Assembly (NCBI RefSeq): GCF_006345805.1
Contig: NC_042998.1
Span: 94,612,001 to 94,676,000, forward strand
Length of the DNA stretch: 64,000 nt
Source: Octopus sinensis
Taxonomy: Eukaryota
Direction of reading: 5' to 3'
Numbering within the stretch: the first letter of the stretch is position 1; each line of letters starts with the position of its first letter. Positions 51,380 through 63,580 of this stretch are shown here, piece by piece. The translations under genes were made by a program, and so were the position numbers. Below the pieces are notes generated by a model. It was not told the origin of the DNA. It did no database searches and worked only from the letters and a program-made list of their open reading frames with translations.

Positions 51380-51540
51380 GTCATGCCAGCACCCAGCTGG
51401 TAGTCATCACAGCTGAGTACACTAGAGCAACATGAAATGAAGTGCCTTGCTCAAGAACATAATCTGCAAACCAGTTCAGGAATTGAACCCACAACATCAT
51501 GATCGTGTGTTGAACCCTAACCATGAGGCCATGCACTTTC
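51380..51540 (-). mobile_element. tRNA-headed SINE fragment
   Basis: Reverse strand catggcctcatggttagggttcaacac...gggttcaattcc. Confidence 0.6.
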
Positions 51541-53019
51541 ACATAATGATAGAACCATTGTGCGCAGCAATCATTTGTGGCATACACACTCTTAGATTCA
51601 CATAGTCACATACATATTGAAATTTTGTTTGGATTTCCATTTAGAATTGTCTCATAAAATTGATAATGAAAAACGAGAGAAATTCCTATTTCTTCAAATT
51701 CTATAGCTTTACGTAAGTGACCATAATGAACATAGTAATATTTTGGATAATACTATGTTACTAAAATTCACAAAGTATTTATAGCTGAATTTAGATATGT
51801 GGAATTAATGGCCAATGGGTCTTTTTTTTTTAATTTTTAGCTTTCAAAACTAGACAGAATGAAGCCCACATTTTCTATTTGATCGTCTGGTGATCTTTGT
51901 GTTGTTTTTTAAACATCTTGATAAAGGAATTACTTCTCTGAAATCCTAGAGTCACTCACCAACAACAGGTGGTCCATCATTTGTTTCATTTGCTGTTTCT
52001 TCATAGCAACTAAACACTTTCAAAAAGGGGCCTTTTGGTAGTCTCTCAACTAACTAGAAATAGCAACTAAATCTCACTTAAATCAGCCCCTAGCATCTTA
52101 AAAAGGAAGGATGCATTGGATAGTGTAGTACTAGAAATACAAAAATATGAAGTGTTCAAAGCACAACTGCTTTTATTTCTCAATCTGCTTGATTGGGGAT
52201 TAACCTAGGGTTTAAAAAAAAACAATAAAGTTTTTTGATAATCTCTTATATACAACTGAAGCAGTATAAGTTTACAATGACTATCTGTGTATCATGTAAG
52301 TAAACTGCAAAAATAAACTTACTGTGGTATTTGCCCAGAGATAGTGGTATTTATGGATGTTCTGTGTTAAAAAATGCAACATATATCAGAGGCTGAGGAA
52401 AAATCATCCTGGTTTGCACCAGTGACTGCTAGAACAATTTTCATCTGCCTATGCTCAATAATACTATATTTGTTCCATGTCCTCGCATTGTTGTGTTTTT
52501 TTGTGCTTTCTTGTTTGGATTAACTATATATATATATATTGTGTTTTTAAATTCAGTACATCTGTATGAGATATTATCTCCAGACATATACTGCTGTAAA
52601 TTTGTCTATCACAATGTATTTAAATTAAATATTATAAACAGATGGTAGCTTTGTCACTTTGTGTACCCAAGCTATATACAAGATTTTGCTGCAAGGAAAC
52701 TTTGAGAAGTAGAATGAAATGGTTGCATTTTGTACTAAATAAATAGACTTAAAAACAATGCCTTTACCTACTTAAACCGTATTTGGATGACCCTGAGGAT
52801 CAGAAACTCTCAAACTTCATGACAAAACTGGTTACTTCTGATGATCATCTTTATAAATGAGTATTGAATAGCTATGGTGTCATCTTTGCTACTGAGGTTG
52901 TTGCTCAGAACTTACTTACATAAAAAGTTAAAGATTATACCAGTTGTGTGAGTATGAATATTGGAAACAATACAACCAAATCTTAGGTGAGGTTGTGATT
53001 TTCAGTGTGGTATCTGTAT

Positions 53020-53230
53020 GAAACAATGATAAGGTTTAATTACTCAGCTATACATCTGTGGTTTCAATTTCTGGACCAGGTGATGCATTGTGTTCATAAG
53101 CAAAAGGGAAAATTTCATGTCGTTCCAGTCCACTCAGCTTGCAAAAACAAGTAATCTTATGAAGGACCGCACCCCATCCAGGGGAGAATATATGTATACC
53201 ACAGAATCCAGGAAAACAGCTTTATGAACT
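53020..53230 (+). mobile_element. Degenerate tRNA-headed SINE
   Basis: ggtttcaatttctggacc...ccagtccactcagc body shared with other SINEs. Confidence 0.5.
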
Positions 53231-53280
53231 GTATAGCTCAGGAAGGCTTCTTAGTTTCAAACATGGGTGGGGGAGGGATG

Positions 53281-53785
53281 TCAGAAGAGTTGTATGCAAT
53301 CACTCGAGAATTTCTGCAATTCACCTCAGCGTCCACAATTAACTTCTCGTCTTTAAACACAAGAGTTTTTTCTGCACCTTGATGTTTGATGAATGATAGA
53401 AGCTTTGGGTATCTTTCAGCTCTGATTGCTTTGGCCTTGGCTGTCAGAAGGTGACGGTGTCATCGAACATAACTAGTGATACCAAGATTGCTGTTCACAG
53501 CTCTGGACACTGTGGAAAGGGACACATTGTGTTTCTTTGAAAGAGCTGTCATGAATGTAGATGGGTTGGCTTCAGTTGAGCATTTGAAGCCAGCAAGAAA
53601 TTTTGGATTGTGCTTGGAATCACTTAAGTCTTGTGTTCTTTCCTATTAATCTTTCCCTCTCCTTTAAATTGTTTATACACACGATAAACTGTTGCTTTTG
53701 GAAGTTTTGTCAAATTAACAAGTTTATTGGCAGTGTGCCTGGTGTGCACTAAAACAGCAATGGTGGAATGATTCTGTTGTTTCAT
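53281..53785 (-). pseudogene. Tc1/mariner (maT/DD37D-like) transposase N-terminal fragment
   Basis: ATG at 53785 gives MKQQNHSTIAVLV...TVYRVYKQFK; after a frameshift ANPSTFMTALSKKHNVSLSTVSRAVNSNLGITSYVR*HRHLLTAKAKAIRAERYPKLL...LVFKDEKLIVDAEVNCRNSRVI (HTH region up to the first catalytic D). Confidence 0.75.
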
Positions 53786-53953
53786 GACTTTCTGTTGTTA
53801 AATCAGTTTGCTATTTACCTGAAAAATAAAGAGGAAGATTAGATTTTCAAGCAAGCAAAGTTTTGTAAAAAAATGAAATGTTAAACCCACTAAGTCAACT
53901 GCTTAAAATTGGTCTCAATTTATCTGCAAGACCCAGTATATATGTATATATAT

Positions 53954-54017
<64 letters not shown>

Positions 54018-54076
54018 TAGTTGCATAAGAAAAGCCATTGCCAAAAGACTTACTGAAATGATTCATTATTGATGCC

Positions 54077-54250
54077 ATGTGATGCCCTCATATAACTTTT
54101 AAGCCCACCCAAGTTTCACACATTTTATTACATACTGCACAGCTGTGCTGGCTGGCAGGAGAAACAGGTGCCACTGTATGCACTCTCTTAACATGTCTTT
54201 TCAGACCACCAGCTGAGAGGCACACCCTTCCACATTTTACTCATGTTCTG
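54077..54250 (-). pseudogene. Decayed two-C2H2-finger fragment, probably a LINE (RTE-type) C-terminus
   Basis: T*VKCGRVCLSAGGLKRHVKRVH...CAVCNKMCETWVGLK/(frameshift)SYMRASH. Cx2Cx12Hx4H spacing with Cys at the usual Phe position and no TGEKP linker. Confidence 0.5.
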
Positions 54251-54283
54251 TTGTGAATTGTAATAGCTGCATCACTGTTTATA

Positions 54284-54370
<87 letters not shown>

Positions 54371-54743
54371 AAGAGAGAGACTGGAGATGAAGAAAAAAGG
54401 CTGGTCGTTCACCTAAAATTATGATTTCTGATGAACTTATAAACAATTATGAACTTATTTTACTGCCTATGTTAAGCACTTTTATGTAAACTGTTTAAAC
54501 ACTAAGCCTCTGTTAACATTTTCTTATCATTGTCAAAGATTCTATTTCTTAACATTTTCTTATTGTCAAAGACTCTATCACTGTATTTTAATACATCTAT
54601 GTTAAATAATCTTTAACACTACAAAGGCTACACAAAGCCTTGCACTTTACTTTTGTAAATCTTTTTTTAAAAAAGTGAACCCAGTCAAGACAATAGACAT
54701 CTTTTCATCTGCATTTTCAAATCCTCTTCCATATATATATATA

Positions 54744-55193
54744 TGTGTTAGTAATACCAGCGATTATAATTATTTTTATTTTATCGCAATTTGATTTGTT
54801 TACATATTTCTCGATAAATTACGAGCGCCAGGCGATATACCAGAATTCCCTAGATTTGTCGGGACGTTCAGAGTCTGCGCAGTGATATGATTAGTTAGGG
54901 AGAGTAAATCATTAGAAGCACATGCTTCTAGTGAGTTAGGATCCCAGAAAGACAGGGTCTCACTGAAGAATTCTCCCTGAGCAAATAAATTATCTTTATT
55001 GCTGAAAAGAAAGAAACTGCAGTCTGAGAATTACCGGTTTAGTAAATGTTTTTATCTTCATTTCACTTAATTTATCAAGCTTCTGTATTCCTAGCACATA
55101 TTTCGCCTTAATGTACTGATATATGAAAAATATATGGCTTGTGTTAGTAATACCAGCGATTATAATTATTTTTATTTTATCGCAATTTGATTT

Positions 55194-55198
<5 letters not shown>
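54744..55198 (+). mobile_element. 396-bp-period partial tandem element with a hammerhead motif (retrozyme or PLE pseudo-LTR-like)
   Basis: 59-bp identical direct repeat at 54744-54802 and 55140-55198; flanked by (TA)n on both sides; internal hammerhead motif. Confidence 0.65.
54958..55029 (+). ncRNA. Type I hammerhead ribozyme candidate; predicted cleavage after GUC at 55024
   Basis: Stem I TCTCA(54958-62)/TGAGA(55025-29); CTGAAGA 54963-69; foldable stem II 54970-55012; GAAA 55013-16; palindromic stem III ACTGCAGT 55016-23; C17 at 55024. Confidence 0.7.
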
Positions 55199-55228
<30 letters not shown>

Positions 55229-55509
55229 ATATATATATGTAGAAGATTGAAAAATAACACACAAGTTGATATCTATGAGGAAAATAAGATAAGGTAGAAA
55301 ATGCTAAAATAATTTTATCATAAAGAACATTTTAGTACCAGTTTCAATCTTTTCAACCTTTTTAACTTAGAGTAAAACATGAAGAACAATTAAATTGTAG
55401 AAAAGTTAAATGAAATGTTTTTTTAAAATATTTCCATAGTTTTCAAATAGGTGGGACATTTTCCTTTTTTCTATCTCCCTTTTATTTTTGTGAAGGCTTG
55501 GTAGGCAGG

Positions 55510-55715
55510 TAGCAGCAGATCTGAAGAGATCTGCTACTCACTAGCTGCTACACATTCTTTATTTTCTTGTCTTGTTTCTTTCTGTGTTCCTCTCTGTGGA
55601 AGAGCATAGGCTCAAAACGTTAAAGACTTTTTCACTTCCCGAGCGTTGAACTAATACATCTGTTTGTTGTCTACACCACCTGTCTTCATCTTTTGTTTTT
55701 TTTGTGAATTCTCCC
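55510..55715 (+). mobile_element. ~190-bp hammerhead-like variant repeat, copy 2
   Basis: Homologous to 18020-18216 and 62290-62482; followed by (TA)n. Confidence 0.65.
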
Positions 55716-55903
55716 TATATATATATGTATATGTATATATATATGTATATATCTATATATATATATATCTATATCTATATATATATATATCTATATATAT
55801 ATATATTATATATATATATATCTATATATATATATATCTATATATATATATATCTATATATATATATATATCTATATCTATATATATATATATATCTATA
55901 TCT

Positions 55904-55964
<61 letters not shown>

Positions 55965-55978
55965 GTATATATATATAT

Positions 55979-58275
55979 AGGCAAACTGGAAACAAATTGA
56001 GAAAGAGATCCTCAAACAAAACTGGCCTGAATGTCTCTCCTCGCCGGACATTGACATGATACTTCAACAATTCATGTCTGTAATGCAAGCCATATGCTAC
56101 AAATGTGTCCCAGAGAGAAAGGCCACTGTACACAAGAACAAAATCCCCAGAGAGAGAAAAATTTTAATGAGACGGCGCACAAAAATCTCAAATCGCCTAA
56201 ACAAACAAATTGAAAGCAGTGAAAAGTCCCGCCTGAAAATAAAACTGTTGGAAATTGAAAATTGTCTGCAACTCTCCCATGAGAAGGAAAGAGCAGACAA
56301 AGAAGCCTGGGCTATAGACAACATAAAAACTAACCCCAGAGCTTTCTACAGGTATGCCAAAGAAACAGCTACGGTGCACTGTAGGATAGGGCCACTCCTT
56401 GAAAAGGATGGCACACTCACAGGAAAACCAATGAGGGTAAGTGAAATACTGAATGAACAATTCAAGAGTGTTTTCACTCCACCCCTTGGGCATTTCCAAA
56501 TCAGCAATCCAACTGACTTTTTTACCACTGCAGATATAGAATCAGAGGCGGCGACGTTAAATTACATCGATATAAAGGAAGATGATGTAATAAAGGCTAT
56601 AGATGAAATGAAAATAGACTCAGCTATTGGCCCCGATGGATTCCCGGCAATCCTCCTAAAAGTATGTAAGAGAGTCTTAGCAAGACCACTGCAGTTCCTC
56701 TTTCAGAGCTTCCTTGCAGCTGGCAAACTTCCAAGAAAACTGAAGGAAGGTAAAATATGCCCTATTCATAAAGGAGGTAGCAGAGCGGAGGCCAAGAACT
56801 ACAGACCTATCTCTCTGACCTCACACATCAGCAAGGTCATGGAACGAATAGTCAGAAGGAAACTAATCACCTTCCTTGAAGAAAATGACTTGCTGCCTGA
56901 CACCCAACATGGTTTCCGACCAGGAAGAAGCTGCTTAACTCAGCTCCTGCAGCACTATGACTGGGTGCTGAAACAACTGCTCAACCACTCAAATGTGGAA
57001 GTCATATATCTCGACTTCGCAAAGGCCTTCGATAAAGTCGATCATGGAATGATATGTCACAAACTGCGTGATCTTGGCATAGTTGGAAAACTAGGAGAAT
57101 GGCTTCACGACTTTCTGAAGAATAGAAGTCAGGTGGTAGTAGCCAATGGGGCCACTTCCATTAGCACGCAAATAGTGAGCGGTGTTCCACAGGGCACTGT
57201 TTTGGGACCACTACTGTTCATAATGGCCCTCTCAGACATGCCCTCAGCCACGCGGAGAGCCACGATCACAAGTTATGCAGATGATACAAAAGTTTCACAG
57301 GCAATACAGAACCCTGAAGACACTAGGCACCTGCAATATGAGCTGGACGAAATTTACAAGTGGGCTGAAAAGAATAGCATGCAGTTCAATGCTGAAAAGT
57401 TTCAAGCTTTATACTATCAGCATGCAAAACTGAATGCAATACCCAAGGAATACACTGGACCCGGAGGGATTGCAATCCCAGAGGCACAATCAGTGCGTGA
57501 CCTGGGTATTCACATGAGTGATGACGCGACCTTTCATGTACATGTTGCTAAACTGACAGTGAAATGCAGACGCCTGGCTGGATGGATTCTTAGAACCTTT
57601 AGAACAAGAGAACAAGAAACCATGATGGTCCTCTGGAAGACACTTGTCCTAAGTCACTTTGACTATTGCTCTCAGCTATGGTCACCATCCAGTGTCAAGT
57701 TGATCACAGAACTTGAGGCGATCCAACGAAGCTACACGAAGAAGATAGCCTCTATGCAGAATGTAAGCTACTGGGAAAGACTCAAGAGATTAAAATTATA
57801 TTCCCTGGAGCGTAGGCGGGAAAGATATGCCATAATATACATCTGGAAGATCCTGGAGGGAAGTGTCCTGAACTTTGGCATCGAGAGTTACGCAAACGCC
57901 AGAACTGGGCGCCACTGCGTGGTGCCTAGGACTCCAAACTTGCCATCAAGATGTAGGACAAGATTCTGTGATAGCCTGGGCTTCCGAGGCCCACAGCTCT
58001 TCAATATCCTCCCGATGAACCTGAGAGACCTGCATGGGGTGGATACAGGTGTCTTTAAAATGGAGCTGGATCTCTTCCTGTCAGGTGTCCCAGATGAACC
58101 AACTTCACGGCAGGAGGGGCAGATGAGGGCAGCTGCATCGAACTCTCTCATGCACCAAATAGCAGTTGCTAGAAAGCCTCCATGAAGTGAAACCAAGTAG
58201 CAACACCAATGGCGGTGCCCCAGCATGGCCACAGCTCATGAGCTGAAACTGGAATCAATCATCAATCAATCAATC
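55979..58275 (+). mobile_element. Young 5'-truncated CR1-clade LINE, copy 1 ((AATC)n tail, inserted in (TA)n)
   Basis: Uninterrupted frame 55981-58185 begins ANWKQI, the region just after the AP endonuclease. Short 3' UTR, then (AATC)n up to 58275. Confidence 0.9.
56056..58185 (+). CDS. CR1-clade reverse transcriptase ORF (709 aa from first ATG; no endonuclease domain)
   Basis: [81 protein letters not shown] at 57274-57285, [16 protein letters not shown]. Confidence 0.9.
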   Translation: MILQQFMSVMQAICYKCVPERKATVHKNKIPRERKILMRRRTKISNRLNKQIESSEKSRLKIKLLEIENCLQLSHEKERADKEAWAIDNIKTNPRAFYRYAKETATVHCRIGPLLEKDGTLTGKPMRVSEILNEQFKSVFTPPLGHFQISNPTDFFTTADIESEAATLNYIDIKEDDVIKAIDEMKIDSAIGPDGFPAILLKVCKRVLARPLQFLFQSFLAAGKLPRKLKEGKICPIHKGGSRAEAKNYRPISLTSHISKVMERIVRRKLITFLEENDLLPDTQHGFRPGRSCLTQLLQHYDWVLKQLLNHSNVEVIYLDFAKAFDKVDHGMICHKLRDLGIVGKLGEWLHDFLKNRSQVVVANGATSISTQIVSGVPQGTVLGPLLFIMALSDMPSATRRATITSYADDTKVSQAIQNPEDTRHLQYELDEIYKWAEKNSMQFNAEKFQALYYQHAKLNAIPKEYTGPGGIAIPEAQSVRDLGIHMSDDATFHVHVAKLTVKCRRLAGWILRTFRTREQETMMVLWKTLVLSHFDYCSQLWSPSSVKLITELEAIQRSYTKKIASMQNVSYWERLKRLKLYSLERRRERYAIIYIWKILEGSVLNFGIESYANARTGRHCVVPRTPNLPSRCRTRFCDSLGFRGPQLFNILPMNLRDLHGVDTGVFKMELDLFLSGVPDEPTSRQEGQMRAAASNSLMHQIAVARKPP

Positions 58276-58307
<32 letters not shown>

Positions 58308-58313
58308 GTATAC

Positions 58314-58400
<87 letters not shown>

Positions 58401-58638
58401 CATATGTATATGTATGTATGTATACATATATATATATATATCAATATATATATATATATCTGTAAATATAATATGTGACAGAAGTTTTATCATGACTACT
58501 GAATATTGTCACATATATTTACAGATAAATTCCTCTATTTACATAATATCAAGGTCTCTTTCATTCTTTTGTTGTCTTACCATTACTATCAATATATATA
58601 TATATATTATATATATATATATTATATATATATATATA

Positions 58639-58691
<53 letters not shown>

Positions 58692-58722
58692 TATATATAT
58701 GTATACATATGTATATATATAT

Positions 58723-61020
58723 AGGCAAACTGGAAACAAATTGAGAAAGAGATCCTCAAACAAAACTGGCCTGAATGTCTCTCCTCGCCGGACATTGACA
58801 TGATACTTCAACAATTCATGTCTGTAATGCAAGCCATATGCTACAAATGTGTCCCAGAGAGAAAGGCCACTGTACACAAGAACAAAATCCCCAGAGAGAG
58901 AAAAATTTTAATGAGACGGCGCACAAAAATCTCAAATCGCCTAAACAAACAATTGAAAGCAGTGAAAAGTCCCGCCTGAAAATAAAACTGTTGGAAATTG
59001 AAAATTGTCTGCAACTCTCCCATGAGAAGGAAAGAGCAGACAAAGAAGCCTGGGCTATAGACAACATAAAAACTAACCCCAGAGCTTTCTACAGGTATGC
59101 CAAAGAAACAGCTACGGTGCACTGTAGGATAGGGCCACTCCTTGAAAAGGATGGCACACTCACAGGAAAACCAATGAGGGTAAGTGAAATACTGAATGAA
59201 CAATTCAAGAGTGTTTTCACTCCACCCCTTGGGCATTTCCAAATCAGCAATCCAACTGACTTTTTTACCACTGCAGATATAGAATCAGAGGCGGCGACGT
59301 TAAATTACATCGATATAAAGGAAGATGATGTAATAAAGGCTATAGATGAAATGAAAATAGACTCAGCTATTGGCCCCGATGGATTCCCGGCAATCCTCCT
59401 AAAAGTATGTAAGAGAGTCTTAGCAAGACCACTGCAGTTCCTCTTTCAGAGCTTCCTTGCAGCTGGCAAACTTCCAAGAAAACTGAAGGAAGGTAAAATA
59501 TGCCCTATTCATAAAGGAGGTAGCAGAGCGGAGGCCAAGAACTACAGACCTATCTCTCTGACCTCACACATCAGCAAGGTCATGGAACGAATAGTCAGAA
59601 GGAAACTAATCACCTTCCTTGAAGAAAATGACTTGCTGCCTGACACCCAACATGGTTTCCGACCAGGAAGAAGCTGCTTAACTCAGCTCCTGCAGCACTA
59701 TGACTGGGTGCTGAAACAACTGCTCAACCACTCAAATGTGGAAGTCATATATCTCGACTTCGCAAAGGCCTTCGATAAAGTCGATCATGGAATGATATGT
59801 CACAAACTGCGTGATCTTGGCATAGTTGGAAAACTAGGAGAATGGCTTCACGACTTTCTGAAGAATAGAAGTCAGGTGGTAGTAGCCAATGGGGCCACTT
59901 CCATTAGCACGCAAATAGTGAGCGGTGTTCCACAGGGCACTGTTTTGGGACCACTACTGTTCATAATGGCCCTCTCAGACATGCCCTCAGCCACGCGGAG
60001 AGCCACGATCACAAGTTATGCAGATGATACAAAAGTTTCACAGGCAATACAGAACCCTGAAGACACTAGGCACCTGCAATATGAGCTGGACGAAATTTAC
60101 AAGTGGGCTGAAAAGAATAGCATGCAGTTCAATGCTGAAAAGTTTCAAGCTTTATACTATCAGCATGCAAAACTGAATGCAATACCCAAGGAATACACTG
60201 GACCCGGAGGGATTGCAATCCCAGAGGCACAATCAGTGCGTGACCTGGGTATTCACATGAGTGATGACGCGACCTTTCATGTACATGTTGCTAAACTGAC
60301 AGTGAAATGCAGACGCCTGGCTGGATGGATTCTTAGAACCTTTAGAACAAGAGAACAAGAAACCATGATGGTCCTCTGGAAGACACTTGTCCTAAGTCAC
60401 TTTGACTATTGCTCTCAGCTATGGTCACCATCCAGTGTCAAGTTGATCACAGAACTTGAGGCGATCCAACGAAGCTACACGAAGAAGATAGCCTCTATGC
60501 AGAATGTAAGCTACTGGGAAAGACTCAAGAGATTAAAATTATATTCCCTGGAGCGTAGGCGGGAAAGATATGCCATAATATACATCTGGAAGATCCTGGA
60601 GGGAAGTGTCCTGAACTTTGGCATCGAGAGTTACGCAAACGCCAGAACTGGGCGCCACTGCGTGGTGCCTAGGACTCCAAACTTGCCATCAAGATGTAGG
60701 ACAAGATTCTGTGATAGCCTGGGCTTCCGAGGCCCACAGCTCTTCAATATCCTCCCGATGAACCTGAGAGACCTGCATGGGGTGGATACAGGTGTCTTTA
60801 AAATGGAGCTGGATCTCTTCCTGTCAGGTGTCCCAGATGAACCAACTTCACGGCAGGAGGGGCAGATGAGGGCAGCTGCATCGAACTCTCTCATGCACCA
60901 AATAGCAGTTGCTAGAAAGCCTCCATGAAGTGAAACCAAGTAGCAACACCAAATGGCGGTGCCCCAGCATGGCCACAGCTCATGAGCTGAAACTGGAATC
61001 AATCAATCAATCAATCAATC
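58723..61020 (+). mobile_element. CR1-clade LINE copy 2, tandem duplicate with a 1-nt frameshift near 58951
   Basis: Offset 2744 from copy 1. AAACAAACAAATTG becomes AAACAAACAATTG; downstream translation is identical (IESSEKSR...VARKPP, stop at 60928). Confidence 0.9.
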
Positions 61021-61055
61021 ATATATATATATATATATGTATATATATATGTATA

Positions 61056-61150
<95 letters not shown>

Positions 61151-61336
61151 GTATATGTATGTATGTATACATATATATATATATATCAATATATATATAT
61201 ATATCTGTAAATATAATATGTGACAGAAGTTTTATCATGACTACTGAATATTGTCACATATATTTACAGATAAATTCCTCTATTTACATAATATCAAGGT
61301 CTCTTTCATTCTTTTGTTGTCTTACCATTACTATCA

Positions 61337-61404
<68 letters not shown>

Positions 61405-61614
61405 TTTCTTGTTGAATTTTCTGTCACAGAACAGTACAGTATATGTGTATGTATGTGTATGTGTGTGTGTGTGTGTATAGAAAGTTGTTTGTTATGGATG
61501 GTCAGAGAGTAACATTGGTTTTGCACCAATAAAGCACTTAGCTGCATAGAGCCTGATGATTGCATGAAGGCACCAGATGTGTTATAAAATGCTGTCTGAG
61601 TTGCTTTCATCACA

Positions 61615-61830
61615 TAAACCTTTATACCAACCTGCCTGAAAACGACTCAGGCTCTGTAGTACAAATGTCTTGTTTTCATAAGTTCTGAATTAAAATCCTC
61701 CACCAAACCTTAGTCACAATTTATGTTCCTAACACTAGCTTAATGAGAACTAAGATATTTTACTAAATTCTTTGTTATATTTAAAATAATTGAAAGAAAT
61801 ACAGAGCATCTTAAAAAAAATATAGTAACA
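61615..61830. mobile_element. piggyBac-type MITE family 1, copy with degraded ends
   Basis: Body nearly collinear with 676-896. Confidence 0.7.
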
Positions 61831-62209
61831 AAAGTGCAATATATACTGTGTTTATTTAATAATATTTATCTCTCATTAGATGGAGTATATATTTTTGTTC
61901 ATCCTACCATCATGGACCAGTACACTATACACATACATACATACATACATACATACATACATACATACATACATACATACATACATACATACATACATAC
62001 ATGCATATGTGTATACACATGATTAATGACGTGCACACAAACAAACAAACATAAAGAATGCAGCTCTGATAACAGTCAACAGCTATTGAAGAGGTTGCAA
62101 GATGCAATGAAAATTTTAGGAAAAATAGATAAGTAAACGAGTGGAAATCGAACCGGTGAGTGTGTTAAGTAATAAGGCACTAAAGAGAATGACTTTCCCC
62201 AGACACAAT

Positions 62210-62261
<52 letters not shown>

Positions 62262-62289
62262 TGTGCGTGTGTGTGTGTATATGTTCTTC

Positions 62290-62482
62290 ACCATGATAGA
62301 TCACTAACCACTACACATTCTTTATTTTCTCTCCTTGTTTCTTTCTGTGTTCCTTTTTGTGGAAGAGCGTAGGAGGCTCAAAACGTTAAAGACTTTTTCA
62401 CTTCACGAGCATTATACTAATACATCTATTTGTTGTCTACACCACCTGTCTTCGTCTTTTTGTTTTTTTTGTGAATTCTCCA
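62290..62482 (+). mobile_element. ~190-bp hammerhead-like variant repeat, copy 3
   Basis: Homologous to copies 1 and 2; followed by a short TA run. Confidence 0.65.
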
Positions 62483-62692
62483 TATATATGTTGTCACCTC
62501 TTTTACCTGTGTTCAATACTGAAGAGGACATAACTACTCGAAAATACATACATCTGGGTAGAGGGTGTTCTGAACTGAATTAGTGTTTACCTTTTAGTCT
62601 ACAGGGAGAATTTTTTCCACGACAAAATGCAGTGAATTACCTTCTTACAGGTTCAAATATGTCTGTGTGTGTAAACCACAACACATACGCAT

Positions 62693-62726
<34 letters not shown>

Positions 62727-63349
62727 AGATGTAAAGAGAAAGAATATTCTGCTAAAGAGCTAGAAATACACAAAACAAAAATCTAATAGAATTTTCTCTT
62801 TTTTTTTTTTTTGGTAAATCAAAACATATTTGATTCGTCAACCTCCACATAATATAATGTTATATATTTAACCCGCAATTTCATCACCATTATGATATAA
62901 ATTTTAGAACTTTGTCCTAAATATCTTTCAAACACAAAACAAAACATTACTATGCAACAGTGAATTTTTTATCTAAATTCTTCTCCTATACAAACTCACC
63001 TTCTATATGTTAAATTATACATATATTAACATCAAACGGATTACTATAAATTCTCTGCTGGCTTTGTTTTTGTTCCATAAACCTATCTGACGAAACCACA
63101 TGGGGGAAACTATTTTCCCTTGGTATTGCTCCGGCTACTTATTCATTACCTCCTTTTATATATACACTCACATAACAACAACAGAAATCAACTATAGGAA
63201 TATCCAATTGAATCTGGTTCTTTCTTAACAAAATGGTTAAATGGAAAATACCAAATTTACAGACTTCAATATTTTGACGCCATGATACGAACATTAAATG
63301 AAATAATTATAGACACATCAAAGAAACTTATTTCATGAGACAAGGGAAA

Positions 63350-63384
<35 letters not shown>

Positions 63385-63536
63385 ACACACATACATATAT
63401 ACATGTCTACATAAATATATATATAATATTGTGTGTGTGTATGTGTGTGTGTAGATATACGTATACATATTAATTGCTTGTAGGGACACTGTATTTTGTA
63501 ATACAACCATGATATACTACCAAGTGTATTCAATGC

Positions 63537-63580
<44 letters not shown>

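Noticed and set aside
52786-52812. CTGAGGA-TCA-GAAA hammerhead-like string
   Set aside because: Only 3 nt for stem II and no stem I or III pairing.
56097-60990. Antisense ORFs over the two LINE copies (75-133 aa)
   Set aside because: Shadow frames of the RT ORF, duplicated with it; no independent signal.
62519-62560. CTGAAGA...CTCGAAA motif just after the third variant repeat
   Set aside because: Stem II pairs poorly and no stem I or palindromic stem III is found; at best a decayed relic.
63087-63120. CTGACGA-AACCACATGGGG-GAAA-CTAT motif, possibly the end of an old PLE
   Set aside because: Stems I and II cannot be closed and upstream PLE-like translation is too weak to support.
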